Shown: in pieces, positions 47,832-56,668 of the stretch
Layout of the letters: every line of letters starts with the position of its first letter
Numbering within the stretch: the stretch's first letter is position 1
Assembly (NCBI GenBank): GCA_046724395.1
Contig: JBKOWM010000056.1
Span: 1 to 60,053, forward strand
DNA from: Actinomycetota bacterium
GTDB lineage: Bacteria; Actinomycetota; UBA4738; HRBIN12
Direction: 5' to 3'
DNA: 60,053 nucleotides
Notes under the pieces: model-generated
The model's database searches: none
What the model was told of the DNA's origin: nothing
The model's input: only the letters and a program-made list of their open reading frames with translations
Position numbers and translations under genes: made by a program

Positions 47832-48641
47832 TCACGCATCGGGTGGTTCCGGCGCGCGGGTGGCGCCGCTTTCGCCGTCCGGGTCCGTGTCGTCGGTCGC
47901 CTCGAACGTGAGCACGTACACCTCCTGCCCCTTCGGGTACTCCTTCGTCGGCCGCGCCTCGCGCGTCGCCTTCATCGCGAGCTCCTCGAAGGCGCCGTCC
48001 TGCTCGTCGTGGAGACGCCGGCCGAGGTACACGTTCGCCACGATCTCCTGCGGGCGCGCGGCGGCGGTCACCATCCGCACGGCCCCGACGACCGGCGGCC
48101 CGACGATGGTGAGCTCGTCGGCGATCTTGACCACGTATCCGGGGCCGGCATCGAGGCCGATGGACAGGCCGACGCCCGCCGAGAGGTTTCGCGAGTTCGC
48201 CCGGAAGTCCTCGAGCACTCGGGAGTGGAACAGTCTCACGAGGCTATGCGCGGTGTGGACGAGGTTGCCGGCCGTCTGCACGAACCGCGCCTGCGTTTCC
48301 TCGGGCGTGCCCGGCTGCAGAACCCAGTAGGCGAGGAAGCCGTCGCCGAGGAACTTGTCGAACCACCCCCCCGAGCCCTGGATTCCCCGGCGGACCGCGC
48401 TCACGAACTTGTCCATCACGAGCGCGAAGCGCTCGAACCGGATCGCCTCCTTCATGAGCATCGTCGATTCGCGGATGTCGGCGGCCATGACGAACACCTC
48501 GATCGGCTCACCGTCGATAACAGCGTCGAGAAGTCGGTTCCGGTCGAAGCGCTCCTCCCAGTCGGGAGGCGCATGCGTGCTCAGCAGCCTCGCCGCTCGA
48601 TTCCGCTCGGCCTCGCGATCCGCGTCGGCGGCCGTCGTCAC
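47832..48641 (-). CDS. Class III nucleotide cyclase domain protein (atypical)
   Basis: AADIREST, DKFLGDG, SIGLDAG, IVGPPVVGAVRM; GTGA overlap with the upstream gene. Confidence 0.82.
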   Translation of the reverse strand: MTTAADADREAERNRAARLLSTHAPPDWEERFDRNRLLDAVIDGEPIEVFVMAADIRESTMLMKEAIRFERFALVMDKFVSAVRRGIQGSGGWFDKFLGDGFLAYWVLQPGTPEETQARFVQTAGNLVHTAHSLVRLFHSRVLEDFRANSRNLSAGVGLSIGLDAGPGYVVKIADELTIVGPPVVGAVRMVTAAARPQEIVANVYLGRRLHDEQDGAFEELAMKATREARPTKEYPKGQEVYVLTFEATDDTDPDGESGATRAPEPPDA

Positions 48642-49387
48642 GGACCGAAGACGCGGACGAGCCAGGCGCGCCATTCATCCTCGGCGCGGCGCTGGTCCAC
48701 GCCGTCGGCGAACAGGTGATGACCGACCATGACGGTGCCTTCGAACCCCCGGATGAATCGGTACAGCGCGTCGTCGGTGCGAACGCCGAGAAAGCTGGGT
48801 GAGACCTCGTCGACCACTCCGTCGATCGGACCCACGCCCTGCGGCGCGAGACGAACCACATCACCCTTGGCGACGGTTCCCCCAAGCCCCAAGCCCTGCC
48901 GGAACGTCGCCATGATCCGTTCCTTGTCGCCGTCGACGCGCGGGCCCGAAGCGTCGACCGGAGTTGCGAAGCGGCCCGAGAAGTGCGCGATGTACGCGAG
49001 CAGCTTCCGGAAGTACATCGGGTCACCCTCGCTCATGCCCTCGTATTCGGCCTCCCAGTCATCGCCAAGCATGCCCGAGTGGACGTACCGGATCCGTGTC
49101 GAGTCGCCTTCGACGGGTTCGAGCCTGTAATCGAACCGATGGAGGGAGCCATCGGCGGCGGGCGAGCTGAGAGTCTCGAATCGGCGCGGTGGGTCCCATG
49201 TCTTGATCGTGGACGTCTGCGTCCAGTCGCCGATGCTGAAGCGGGCGGTGCCGCCGCGTCGGGGCTCGATGTCGTTGCGGCCCATGAACCACGAATCCCA
49301 GCCGCGGCCGGTCGCGATGGCCTCCCAAACACGCTCGGGAGACGCCGCGACCTCGGCCTCCTGTGGAAGTTCGAATCGATGAGCCAT
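48638..49387 (-). CDS. SRPBCC/AHSA1-like START domain protein
   Basis: ASPERVWEAIATG..W, WDPPRRF; GGAGG RBS. Confidence 0.85.
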   Translation of the reverse strand: MAHRFELPQEAEVAASPERVWEAIATGRGWDSWFMGRNDIEPRRGGTARFSIGDWTQTSTIKTWDPPRRFETLSSPAADGSLHRFDYRLEPVEGDSTRIRYVHSGMLGDDWEAEYEGMSEGDPMYFRKLLAYIAHFSGRFATPVDASGPRVDGDKERIMATFRQGLGLGGTVAKGDVVRLAPQGVGPIDGVVDEVSPSFLGVRTDDALYRFIRGFEGTVMVGHHLFADGVDQRRAEDEWRAWLVRVFGP

Positions 49388-49439
49388 CGACGTCCTCCTG
49401 GGCGCGATCATAACGACGCGCCGAGGCCGAGCCGACGGA

Positions 49440-49907
49440 TCAGATCCCGGGCTTCACGACCATGTCCCATGTGGCGACGACGAGCAGGAGGCCGATGAGA
49501 CGCATCCCCCTCGCCCACCGCCGCAGCTGCGCAACGGCGGTGTCGTGATCGCCCGCGCTTGCTGCGCGCTCGGCGGCGACGGCGGCGCGCGACTGAAACG
49601 CGGCGCCGACGATGAACGCGAAGGCGAACAGTGCGATGCCGAGCCAGACCCAGGTCTGCTCGAACTCCCAGCCTCCGTCGAACACCAGCCAGATGCCGAA
49701 CGCGAGCAGCACCACGACGGCCGGCATCAGGAGAATCAGCCCGAGCGTGCGCAGCAGCCGCGTGAAGCGCCGGACATCGGCCACCTCCGACTGCCGAAGC
49801 AGGAGCGTTGCCTGCACGTTCATTACGGCGACGGCGCCGACCCAGATCATCGCCGCGACGATGTGCACGAAGAGCAGCCACTCGTACAGCGCGCCGATGA
49901 GTCGCAC
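49440..49907 (-). CDS. DUF2269-like 4-TM membrane protein
   Basis: FVHIVAAMIWVG ... MVVKP. Confidence 0.82.
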   Translation of the reverse strand: MRLIGALYEWLLFVHIVAAMIWVGAVAVMNVQATLLLRQSEVADVRRFTRLLRTLGLILLMPAVVVLLAFGIWLVFDGGWEFEQTWVWLGIALFAFAFIVGAAFQSRAAVAAERAASAGDHDTAVAQLRRWARGMRLIGLLLVVATWDMVVKPGI

Positions 49908-49950
49908 GCTCGACGCGTACCCACTCCAACCCCGGGAAACACGGCCGCGC

Positions 49951-50808
49951 CTATCGTTCGGCGAGCGAGCGAGCGACCCGCTCGACCGTTCGATCGGAGG
50001 CCGCCTCGAACCCGAGGATCACATCGTCGACGCCGAGCGCCGCATAGGCGTCGAACACGCGAGGAAGCTCCTGGACGAGGACACCGCCCTCGCCCTCGTT
50101 CGTCTCCGGCTCGCGTGCGTCGATTCCGATCGTGCGCCGAAGCGAAGAAGGATCGCGTTCCTCGGCCTCGAGCGCGGCGTCGAGGTCGTCGAGCGCCTTT
50201 CGCAAGTTGTCGTCCGGCAGTCCGTACCACGCCGTGTTCCACGCGTCCGCATAGCGGGCGGTGAGCCGAAGCATCCGCGATCCGAACGCGGCAATAAGGA
50301 TCGGGATAGAGCGCTGAAGCGGCATCAGCACCGCGTCCTCGGCGCTGTGATACTCGCCGTGGAACGTCACCGTCTCTCCACGCACGAGCGGGACGATCAC
50401 GCGCAGCGATTCTTCGAAGCGCTCCACACGGCGATCGAACGGGTATCCGAACGCGCGGTACTCCTCGAAGTGCCATCCCGCACCGAGGCCGAGCGTGATG
50501 CGCGCACCGCTCACCGCATCCGCCGTGGCGGCCATCTTCGCCAGCAGCCCGGGTGGGCGGTACGCGGCGCACATCACGAGCTGCCCGATCTCCACGCGGC
50601 TCGTTCGCGCCGCAACGGCCGAAACGACCGTCCAGGCTTCGTGCACCGGCATCCTCGGCGCCTGGCCCGGCATGTTCGAGAAGAAGTGGTCGTAGGCCCA
50701 CACCGAGTCGAGCCCGATCTCCTCTGCCTGCTCGGCGATTGCCATCGCCGGCGGTGGAGACCCTTCTGTCGCGGCGCGCTCCAACGGGAGCACCAGCCCG
50801 ATTCGCAT
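49951..50808 (-). CDS. LLM-class (probably F420-dependent) oxidoreductase
   Basis: DSVWAYDH, YRPPGLLAKMAATAD, LGLGAGW, YADAWN. Confidence 0.92.
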   Translation of the reverse strand: MRIGLVLPLERAATEGSPPPAMAIAEQAEEIGLDSVWAYDHFFSNMPGQAPRMPVHEAWTVVSAVAARTSRVEIGQLVMCAAYRPPGLLAKMAATADAVSGARITLGLGAGWHFEEYRAFGYPFDRRVERFEESLRVIVPLVRGETVTFHGEYHSAEDAVLMPLQRSIPILIAAFGSRMLRLTARYADAWNTAWYGLPDDNLRKALDDLDAALEAEERDPSSLRRTIGIDAREPETNEGEGGVLVQELPRVFDAYAALGVDDVILGFEAASDRTVERVARSLAER

Positions 50809-50817
50809 CGCGCGAGT

Positions 50818-51828
50818 CTACGCTGGCGAGCGCGTCCGACCCGATGCTCCGGCCGCTCCGTCCACGGTGCTCGACGCGCTCGACGGATCTCCCGCGTACA
50901 GAGCCAACAGGTCGTTGCCGATTCGCGCGAGCTCGGCGCGAACGTCGTGCGGACGGACGACCTCCACGAGTGCGGCGAACGCGGCCAGCTCCGACGCCAG
51001 CGTCCGCGCCGACCAGCTGCGCAGCTCGATCCGGACGCGTCCGTCACTCCGCTCACCGACGGTGATCCGTTTGCCGAACGTGGCGTGCAGCCACGGCACG
51101 GCCTGAGCGTTCGCAAGGCCCTCGGCGCGGAACCACTCGCGGCGTTCGTCGAGCTTGTCCACGATCGATCGCCAGGTCTCGGCGAGGTCGAAGCCCTCGG
51201 GCCGGTCGACCGACCGATCGGTTAGCTCGACCGAGCGAATGCGACCGACGCGGAACGTCCGAAGCCCCGCGTCGGTGCCCGCGACGAGATACCAAACGGA
51301 CGCCTTCGCGACGAGCCCGAGGGGATGCACCGTCCGCGCCGACACGGGTCGATCCCGGCCGGCGTAGGTGAGCCGGACTTGAACGCCGTCGACGACCGCC
51401 TGCTGCAGCACGTCGAGGTGCTCGGGAGTGGGGACGTGCGTTCGGTCCCACGTCGTCGGGTCGAGCACGACGGCCGACGCGGCAGCCTCGGCCGTCGCCC
51501 GGAACGGCTCGGGAAGGGCGCGGACGAGCTTCCGCAGCGCGGCCTTCACCTGCGGCGTCGCCGACGCCGACGGGCCGGCCACCAGGAACAACGTTCGAGC
51601 CTCCGCCGCCGTGAGGCCGCTCAGGTCCGTGCGCGCACCGCCCACGAGCGACCACCCGCCGCCCCTTCCCGCCTGCGCGTACACCGGGATCCCGGCGATG
51701 GCCAGGGCCTCGAGGTCGCGCCGGGCCGTCCGCTCCGAGATCTCGAGCTCGTCGGCGAGCTCGGCGGCCGTTACACGGCCACGCGCCTGCAAGATCAGGA
51801 GCTCGGCAACCAGGCGGTCGGCTCGCAT
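50818..51828 (-). CDS. YafY-family HTH-WYL-WCX regulator
   Basis: ELEISERTARRDLEAL, GRGGGW, VHPLGLV..WYLVA..RTFRVGRI. Confidence 0.93.
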   Translation of the reverse strand: MRADRLVAELLILQARGRVTAAELADELEISERTARRDLEALAIAGIPVYAQAGRGGGWSLVGGARTDLSGLTAAEARTLFLVAGPSASATPQVKAALRKLVRALPEPFRATAEAAASAVVLDPTTWDRTHVPTPEHLDVLQQAVVDGVQVRLTYAGRDRPVSARTVHPLGLVAKASVWYLVAGTDAGLRTFRVGRIRSVELTDRSVDRPEGFDLAETWRSIVDKLDERREWFRAEGLANAQAVPWLHATFGKRITVGERSDGRVRIELRSWSARTLASELAAFAALVEVVRPHDVRAELARIGNDLLALYAGDPSSASSTVDGAAGASGRTRSPA

Positions 51829-51850
51829 AGTTCCAGGATGGCATGAAAGC

Positions 51851-51865
51851 GGTCAGATGATGACC
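51851..51865. promoter_or_regulatory. Palindrome between the WYL gene and the ABC exporter
   Basis: GGTCA-GATGA-TGACC. Confidence 0.55.
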
Positions 51866-51968
51866 ACTTCTGTGCGGCAGAATCGGGGGCGGTTGCGTGT
51901 TCGAACCATCTGCGATGAGTTCGGGCGCCCCGCCCGGTCGAACGCAGAACCAGAAGGGGGAAGGTTCG

Positions 51969-52958
51969 ATGGCGAGCTACGCGATCGAGGCCGAGGGCCT
52001 CGTCAAGACGTTCGGGAAGGGGAAGGTTCGCGCGCTCGACGGCATCGACATGGTCGCGCGGGAGGGAACCGTGTTCGGCTTGCTCGGGCCGAACGGCGCC
52101 GGCAAGACCACGGCCATCCGGATTCTGTCGACGCTGCTGCGTCCGGACGCCGGCCGGGCCTCGGTCGGTGGGTACGACGTCAACCGCGAGCCCGAGAAGG
52201 TTCGCGGCGTGATCGGACTGACCGGACAGTACGCGGCCGTGGACGAGTTGCTCTCCGGCCGCGACAACCTGTTCATGATCGGACGGCTGCTCGGGCTGCC
52301 GGCCGCCGAGGCGCGAAGGCGCGCCACCAATCTGCTCGACTCATTCGAGCTGTCCGACGCGGCAGGCAAATACGTAAAGACCTATTCGGGCGGGATGCGC
52401 CGCCGGCTCGATCTCGCGGCCAGCCTGGTCGGGCGGCCGCGGTTCCTGTACCTCGACGAACCGACCACCGGGCTCGACCCGCGCAGCCGGCTCGAGCTGT
52501 GGGGGATGATCCGCGGGCTCGTCGCCGAGGGAACGACCGTGCTGCTGACGACGCAGTACCTGGAGGAGGCGGACAAGCTCACCGACGAGATCGTCGTGAT
52601 CGATCGGGGCCGGGTGATCGCCGCCGGGACGCCGGCACAGCTGAAGACGCGCATCGGCGGCCAGGTGCTGCAGGCCCAGCCGGCCGATCCCACCGACCTT
52701 CCGGCGACGGAAAAGATCCTCGCCGGCCTCGCGCACGACGGGGACGAGCCGTACACGGACGGACAGCTCGCCTCGGTCCGGATCCACGACCGGTCGGCCC
52801 TTGGCCGCGCCGTCCGCCTGCTCGACGACGCTGGCATCGCGATCGACGACCTGTCCCTGCGGCGGCCGAGTCTCGACGAGGTCTTCCTGGCCATCACGGG
52901 TCACCTGGCGGAGGAAGAGTCGGGCGTCGACGAAGACCACGAGAGGAGCAGCCGATGA
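51969..52958 (+). CDS. DrrA-like ABC exporter ATPase
   Basis: GPNGAGKTT, GQYAAVDE, YSGGMRRRLDLA, TTQYLEEAD. Confidence 0.93.
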   Translation: MASYAIEAEGLVKTFGKGKVRALDGIDMVAREGTVFGLLGPNGAGKTTAIRILSTLLRPDAGRASVGGYDVNREPEKVRGVIGLTGQYAAVDELLSGRDNLFMIGRLLGLPAAEARRRATNLLDSFELSDAAGKYVKTYSGGMRRRLDLAASLVGRPRFLYLDEPTTGLDPRSRLELWGMIRGLVAEGTTVLLTTQYLEEADKLTDEIVVIDRGRVIAAGTPAQLKTRIGGQVLQAQPADPTDLPATEKILAGLAHDGDEPYTDGQLASVRIHDRSALGRAVRLLDDAGIAIDDLSLRRPSLDEVFLAITGHLAEEESGVDEDHERSSR

Positions 52959-53743
52959 GCGCCGTGGCATACGCGCCGACGGGACGGGCGGACGTCGTCC
53001 GCAACACGTTGACGATCGCCCGCCGGAACCTCCTGCATATCAAGGCGACGCCCGAGCAGCTGGTGGAGATGTCGATCCAGCCGCTCATGTTCCTGATCTT
53101 GTTCGTGTACGTGTTCGGCGGTGCGATCGCAGGTTCGAGTCGCGCGTACCTGCAGTTCGCCCTTCCGGGCATCCTGGTCCAGTCCGTCGCGTTCCTGCCG
53201 TTCACGACGGCCATCGCGCTGAACGTCGACTTCCAGCGTGGGGTCATCGACCGGTTCCGTTCGCTGCCGATCGCACGCTCGTCGGTGATCGGCGGCCGGA
53301 TTCTCGCGGACGGCGCGCGGATCGCCTGGAGCATCCTGATCATCACCGGGGTCTCGGTGCTGCTCGGATTCCGCTTCCAGGGCGGGGCGGCGGGTGCGGT
53401 CGGCGCGTTCCTGCTCGTGACGGCGTTCGGGCTGACGATGTGCTGGCCGATGGCGTTCATCGGCATCACTTCGCGAACCACCGAATCCGTGAACACGCTC
53501 GGGTTCATGATCATCCTGCCGCTCACGTTCGCGAGCTCGGCGTTCGTCCCGACGTCGACGATGCCGGGGTGGCTCGAGACATTCGCGAACGTCAACCCGG
53601 TGACGCAGGTCATCGACGCCGCCCGCGGCCTGATGCTGGGCGGACCGGTCGCGATACCGCTGCTCAAGTCGGTCGTCTGGATGGCCGCCATCGTCGCGGT
53701 CTTCGCGCCGCTCGCCATCGCGCGGTACCGTCGTCGGGTGTGA
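52955..53743 (+). CDS. DrrB-like ABC permease
   Basis: GVIDRFRSLPIAR, SSAFVP..MPGWL, NPVT. Confidence 0.93.
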   Translation: MSAVAYAPTGRADVVRNTLTIARRNLLHIKATPEQLVEMSIQPLMFLILFVYVFGGAIAGSSRAYLQFALPGILVQSVAFLPFTTAIALNVDFQRGVIDRFRSLPIARSSVIGGRILADGARIAWSILIITGVSVLLGFRFQGGAAGAVGAFLLVTAFGLTMCWPMAFIGITSRTTESVNTLGFMIILPLTFASSAFVPTSTMPGWLETFANVNPVTQVIDAARGLMLGGPVAIPLLKSVVWMAAIVAVFAPLAIARYRRRV

Positions 53744-53797
53744 CTGGAGAAAGGGGGAACGGGGAGAGGGAGCTCAGACGGGTCGAAGGAGGGAACG

Positions 53798-54157
53798 ATG
53801 AAGCTCAGCGGCATTTTGATCGGGTCAGACGATCCCAAGGGGCTCGTCGAGTACTACACGAAGCTCTTCGGCAATCCCGACGAGGACTACGGCTACAGCA
53901 CGTGGAACCTCGGCGGCGCGTGGATGACCGTCGGCCCGCACGACGAGGTGAAGGGTAAGAACCCCCAGCCCGGAAGGATCATCTGGAACCTCGAGACGCC
54001 CGACGTCGGGGGCGAGTTCGATCGCCTGTCGAGAGCCGGGGCAACCGTCGTCCGGGAGCCCTACAACCCGGGCGGTCCCGACGACGAGAGCAAGATGCTC
54101 ATCGCCACGTTCGCGGATCCGGACGGGAACTACTTCCAGATCATGAGCCCCATGTAG
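53798..54157 (+). CDS. VOC/glyoxalase-bleomycin-resistance family protein
   Basis: GATVVREP, FADPDGNYFQI. Confidence 0.88.
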   Translation: MKLSGILIGSDDPKGLVEYYTKLFGNPDEDYGYSTWNLGGAWMTVGPHDEVKGKNPQPGRIIWNLETPDVGGEFDRLSRAGATVVREPYNPGGPDDESKMLIATFADPDGNYFQIMSPM

Positions 54158-54234
54158 GAAGCCGAACGAAGGTCGGCCGAGGAGGTCGGCCAAGGAGGCG
54201 GGTGGTGAGTCCCGTCGTCGGGCAAGATACGCGG

Positions 54235-55311
54235 ATGCGCCTCCCCGTCATGCCGCCCGTCTCACCGATGCTCGCGAAGGCCGTCGACGCCATCCCCGAG
54301 GGTGAGTTCAGCTACGAGCCGAAGTGGGACGGCTTCCGCTCGATCGTGTTCAGAGACGGCGACGAGGTGGAGATCGGGAGCCGAAACGAGCGGCCGATGA
54401 CCCGGTACTTCCCCGAAGTCGTCGAGGCGATCAAGCGGAACCTGCCCGCGAGATCGGTCGTCGACGGCGAGATCGTCGTGCCGGACGCGTACGGCGGCCG
54501 GCTCGAGTTCGAGACACTTCAGATGAGGATCCATCCGGCCGCGAGCCGCGTGAAGCTGCTCTCGGAAACGACGCCGGCGCACTTCATCGCGTTCGACGTG
54601 CTGGCGCTCGACGATCGCGATCTCATGCGCGCGCCCTTCGTCGAGCGTCGGCGAGCGCTCGAGGACGCTCTGGTCGATGCCACATCACCGATCCACGTCA
54701 CACCTGCGACGACCGACCACGCACGGGCCGAGCGGTGGTTCGACGAGTTCGAGGGTGCGGGCCTCGACGGCATCGTCGCCAAGCCCCTCGACATCGCGTA
54801 TCAGCCGGACAAACGCGTGATGTTCAAGATCAAGCATGTGCGGACGGCGGACTGCGTCGTCGCCGGGTATCGCGCGCACAAGACCGACAAGACGGCGGTC
54901 GGCTCGCTGTTGCTCGGGCTCTACGACGAGAAGGGTGACCTGGCGAACGTCGGCGTCGTCGGCGCGTTCCCGATGGCGCAGCGCCGGAAGCTCTTCACCG
55001 AGCTCCAACCGCTCGTGACGACCTTCGAACGGCATCCGTGGAACTGGGCGGAGGAGGAGGCCGGGACGCGGACGCCCCGGCACTCGGAGTTCAGCCGCTG
55101 GAGCGCCGGCAAGGACTTGATGTTCGTGCCGCTTCGCGCCGAGCGCGTCGTCGAGGTCCGCTACGACCACATGGAGGGCGACCGGTTCCGACACACAACG
55201 CAGTTCGTCCGCTGGCGGCCCGACCGCGATCCGCGCTCGTGCACATACGATCAGCTCCAGGAGCCCGTGAGATACGACCTCGCCGAGATCCTCGGCTCGG
55301 CCCGTTCCTGA
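54235..55311 (+). CDS. ligC: ATP-dependent DNA ligase LigC
   Basis: PPVSPMLAK, EPKWDGFR, DGEIV, FDVL, KIKH.RTADCVV, WRPDRDPRSC. Confidence 0.92.
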   Translation: MRLPVMPPVSPMLAKAVDAIPEGEFSYEPKWDGFRSIVFRDGDEVEIGSRNERPMTRYFPEVVEAIKRNLPARSVVDGEIVVPDAYGGRLEFETLQMRIHPAASRVKLLSETTPAHFIAFDVLALDDRDLMRAPFVERRRALEDALVDATSPIHVTPATTDHARAERWFDEFEGAGLDGIVAKPLDIAYQPDKRVMFKIKHVRTADCVVAGYRAHKTDKTAVGSLLLGLYDEKGDLANVGVVGAFPMAQRRKLFTELQPLVTTFERHPWNWAEEEAGTRTPRHSEFSRWSAGKDLMFVPLRAERVVEVRYDHMEGDRFRHTTQFVRWRPDRDPRSCTYDQLQEPVRYDLAEILGSARS

Positions 55312-55492
55312 CGCTGCATCGCACGACCGTGCAGCTCGGCGCGATCCCCGCGCCGGGACGGCCGTGGGCTCGGACCCGACGGCGCCGGCCGACCGAGCCG
55401 CTGCCGAGTCCGTTCGGGAAGGACGCGCGAGGACACATCGTCCATGCGCGTGCGCTTGCCCGCGTGGGCGGTCGTGGCCGAAGATCGCCCCC

Positions 55493-56668
55493 GTGACGGT
55501 CGGCGAGACGATCACCCTCGAGGAGCTCGAGCGCGATCCGTATCCCGTGTACGCGCACCTCCGCGACGAGGAGCCGGTCTCGTGGGTCCCCGCCGTGCGA
55601 CTCTGGCTCGTCACGCGGTTCCACGAAGTCCGTCACATCGACCTCACTCCGGACGTCTTCACGGCGGCGACCGACCCCTCCACCCTTAACCGGACGATGG
55701 GCGTGAACATGCTCGGGATGGAGGGCGCCGAGCAGCAGCGGATCCGTCGGGTGGTCGAGCCGCCGTTCCGGCCGCACGACGTCGAGGAGCGAGCGCAGGG
55801 AATGATCCCCAAGCTCGCGCACGAGCTGATCGATGGTTTCGAGGCGCGCGGCGAGTGCGATCTGTTCACCGAGTTCGCCGATCCGATGTCCGTCCGCTCG
55901 CTCCAGTTCATGCTTGGGCTGGACGAGGTCGCGTGGGAGGACATCCTGCGGTGGAACCAGGGTCTCATGCCCGGGCTCGCCAACTTCGAGGCAAACCCCG
56001 AGAAGCAGGCGCCGGCCGACCGCGCCAGCACCGAGCTCGGAGCCGCAATCGAGGGTGTCCTCGACCGCTTGCAGCGAGAGCCCGACGGGTCGGTGCTCTC
56101 GTGGATGCTTCGTCGTGCGGGCGAGAAAACGCTGACGCGCGACGAGATCGTGGCGAACACCAAGCTGATGCTCTCGGGAGGGCTGCAGGAGCCACGCGAC
56201 CTCATCGCGCTGACGGTGTACGCGCTCGGCACTCATCCCGAGCAGCTCGAGGAGGTCCGAGCGGAACCGTCTTTGGTCAAGCGAGCCGTTGAGGAGACGC
56301 TTCGTTGGGCGGGACCGGTCGGAACGTCGACCCGTCAGACCGTGCGGATGACCGAGCTCGCGGGCGTGGAGCTGCCCGAACGCGCGCTCATCGGTGCGGT
56401 GCTGTCGAGCGCGAACCGCGACCCGAGGCGATTCCCCGATCCCGACCGTTTCGACGTCCACCGCAAAGACGGCGCGCACCTGGCGTTTGCCGCCGGCAAC
56501 CACTTTTGCCTGGGCGCGTGGTTCGGGCGCCACCTCGCGCGTGTGTCGCTCGAGATCCTGCTCGACCGCCTCCCGAACCTGCGACTCGACCCCGATCGCG
56601 CCGTGACGCTCAGTGGGTGGGAGTTCCGGGCGCCCGATGCTACATGGGTTCGCTGGGACGTCCCGTGA
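55493..56668 (+). CDS. Cytochrome P450 with I-helix GGLQEP (CYP255/GcoA- or CYP104-like)
   Basis: EETLR, HLAFAAGNHFCLG, GWEFRAP, QE in place of the acid-alcohol pair. Confidence 0.9.
   Translation: MTVGETITLEELERDPYPVYAHLRDEEPVSWVPAVRLWLVTRFHEVRHIDLTPDVFTAATDPSTLNRTMGVNMLGMEGAEQQRIRRVVEPPFRPHDVEERAQGMIPKLAHELIDGFEARGECDLFTEFADPMSVRSLQFMLGLDEVAWEDILRWNQGLMPGLANFEANPEKQAPADRASTELGAAIEGVLDRLQREPDGSVLSWMLRRAGEKTLTRDEIVANTKLMLSGGLQEPRDLIALTVYALGTHPEQLEEVRAEPSLVKRAVEETLRWAGPVGTSTRQTVRMTELAGVELPERALIGAVLSSANRDPRRFPDPDRFDVHRKDGAHLAFAAGNHFCLGAWFGRHLARVSLEILLDRLPNLRLDPDRAVTLSGWEFRAPDATWVRWDVP

Noticed and set aside
47832-48641. Pycsar/CBASS anti-phage cyclase
   Set aside because: No adjacent TIR or TM effector with a cNMP domain and no defence-island context
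50818-51828. WYL gene as a marker of a defence system
   Set aside because: YafY-type protein whose neighbours are exporter and oxidoreductase genes, not defence genes
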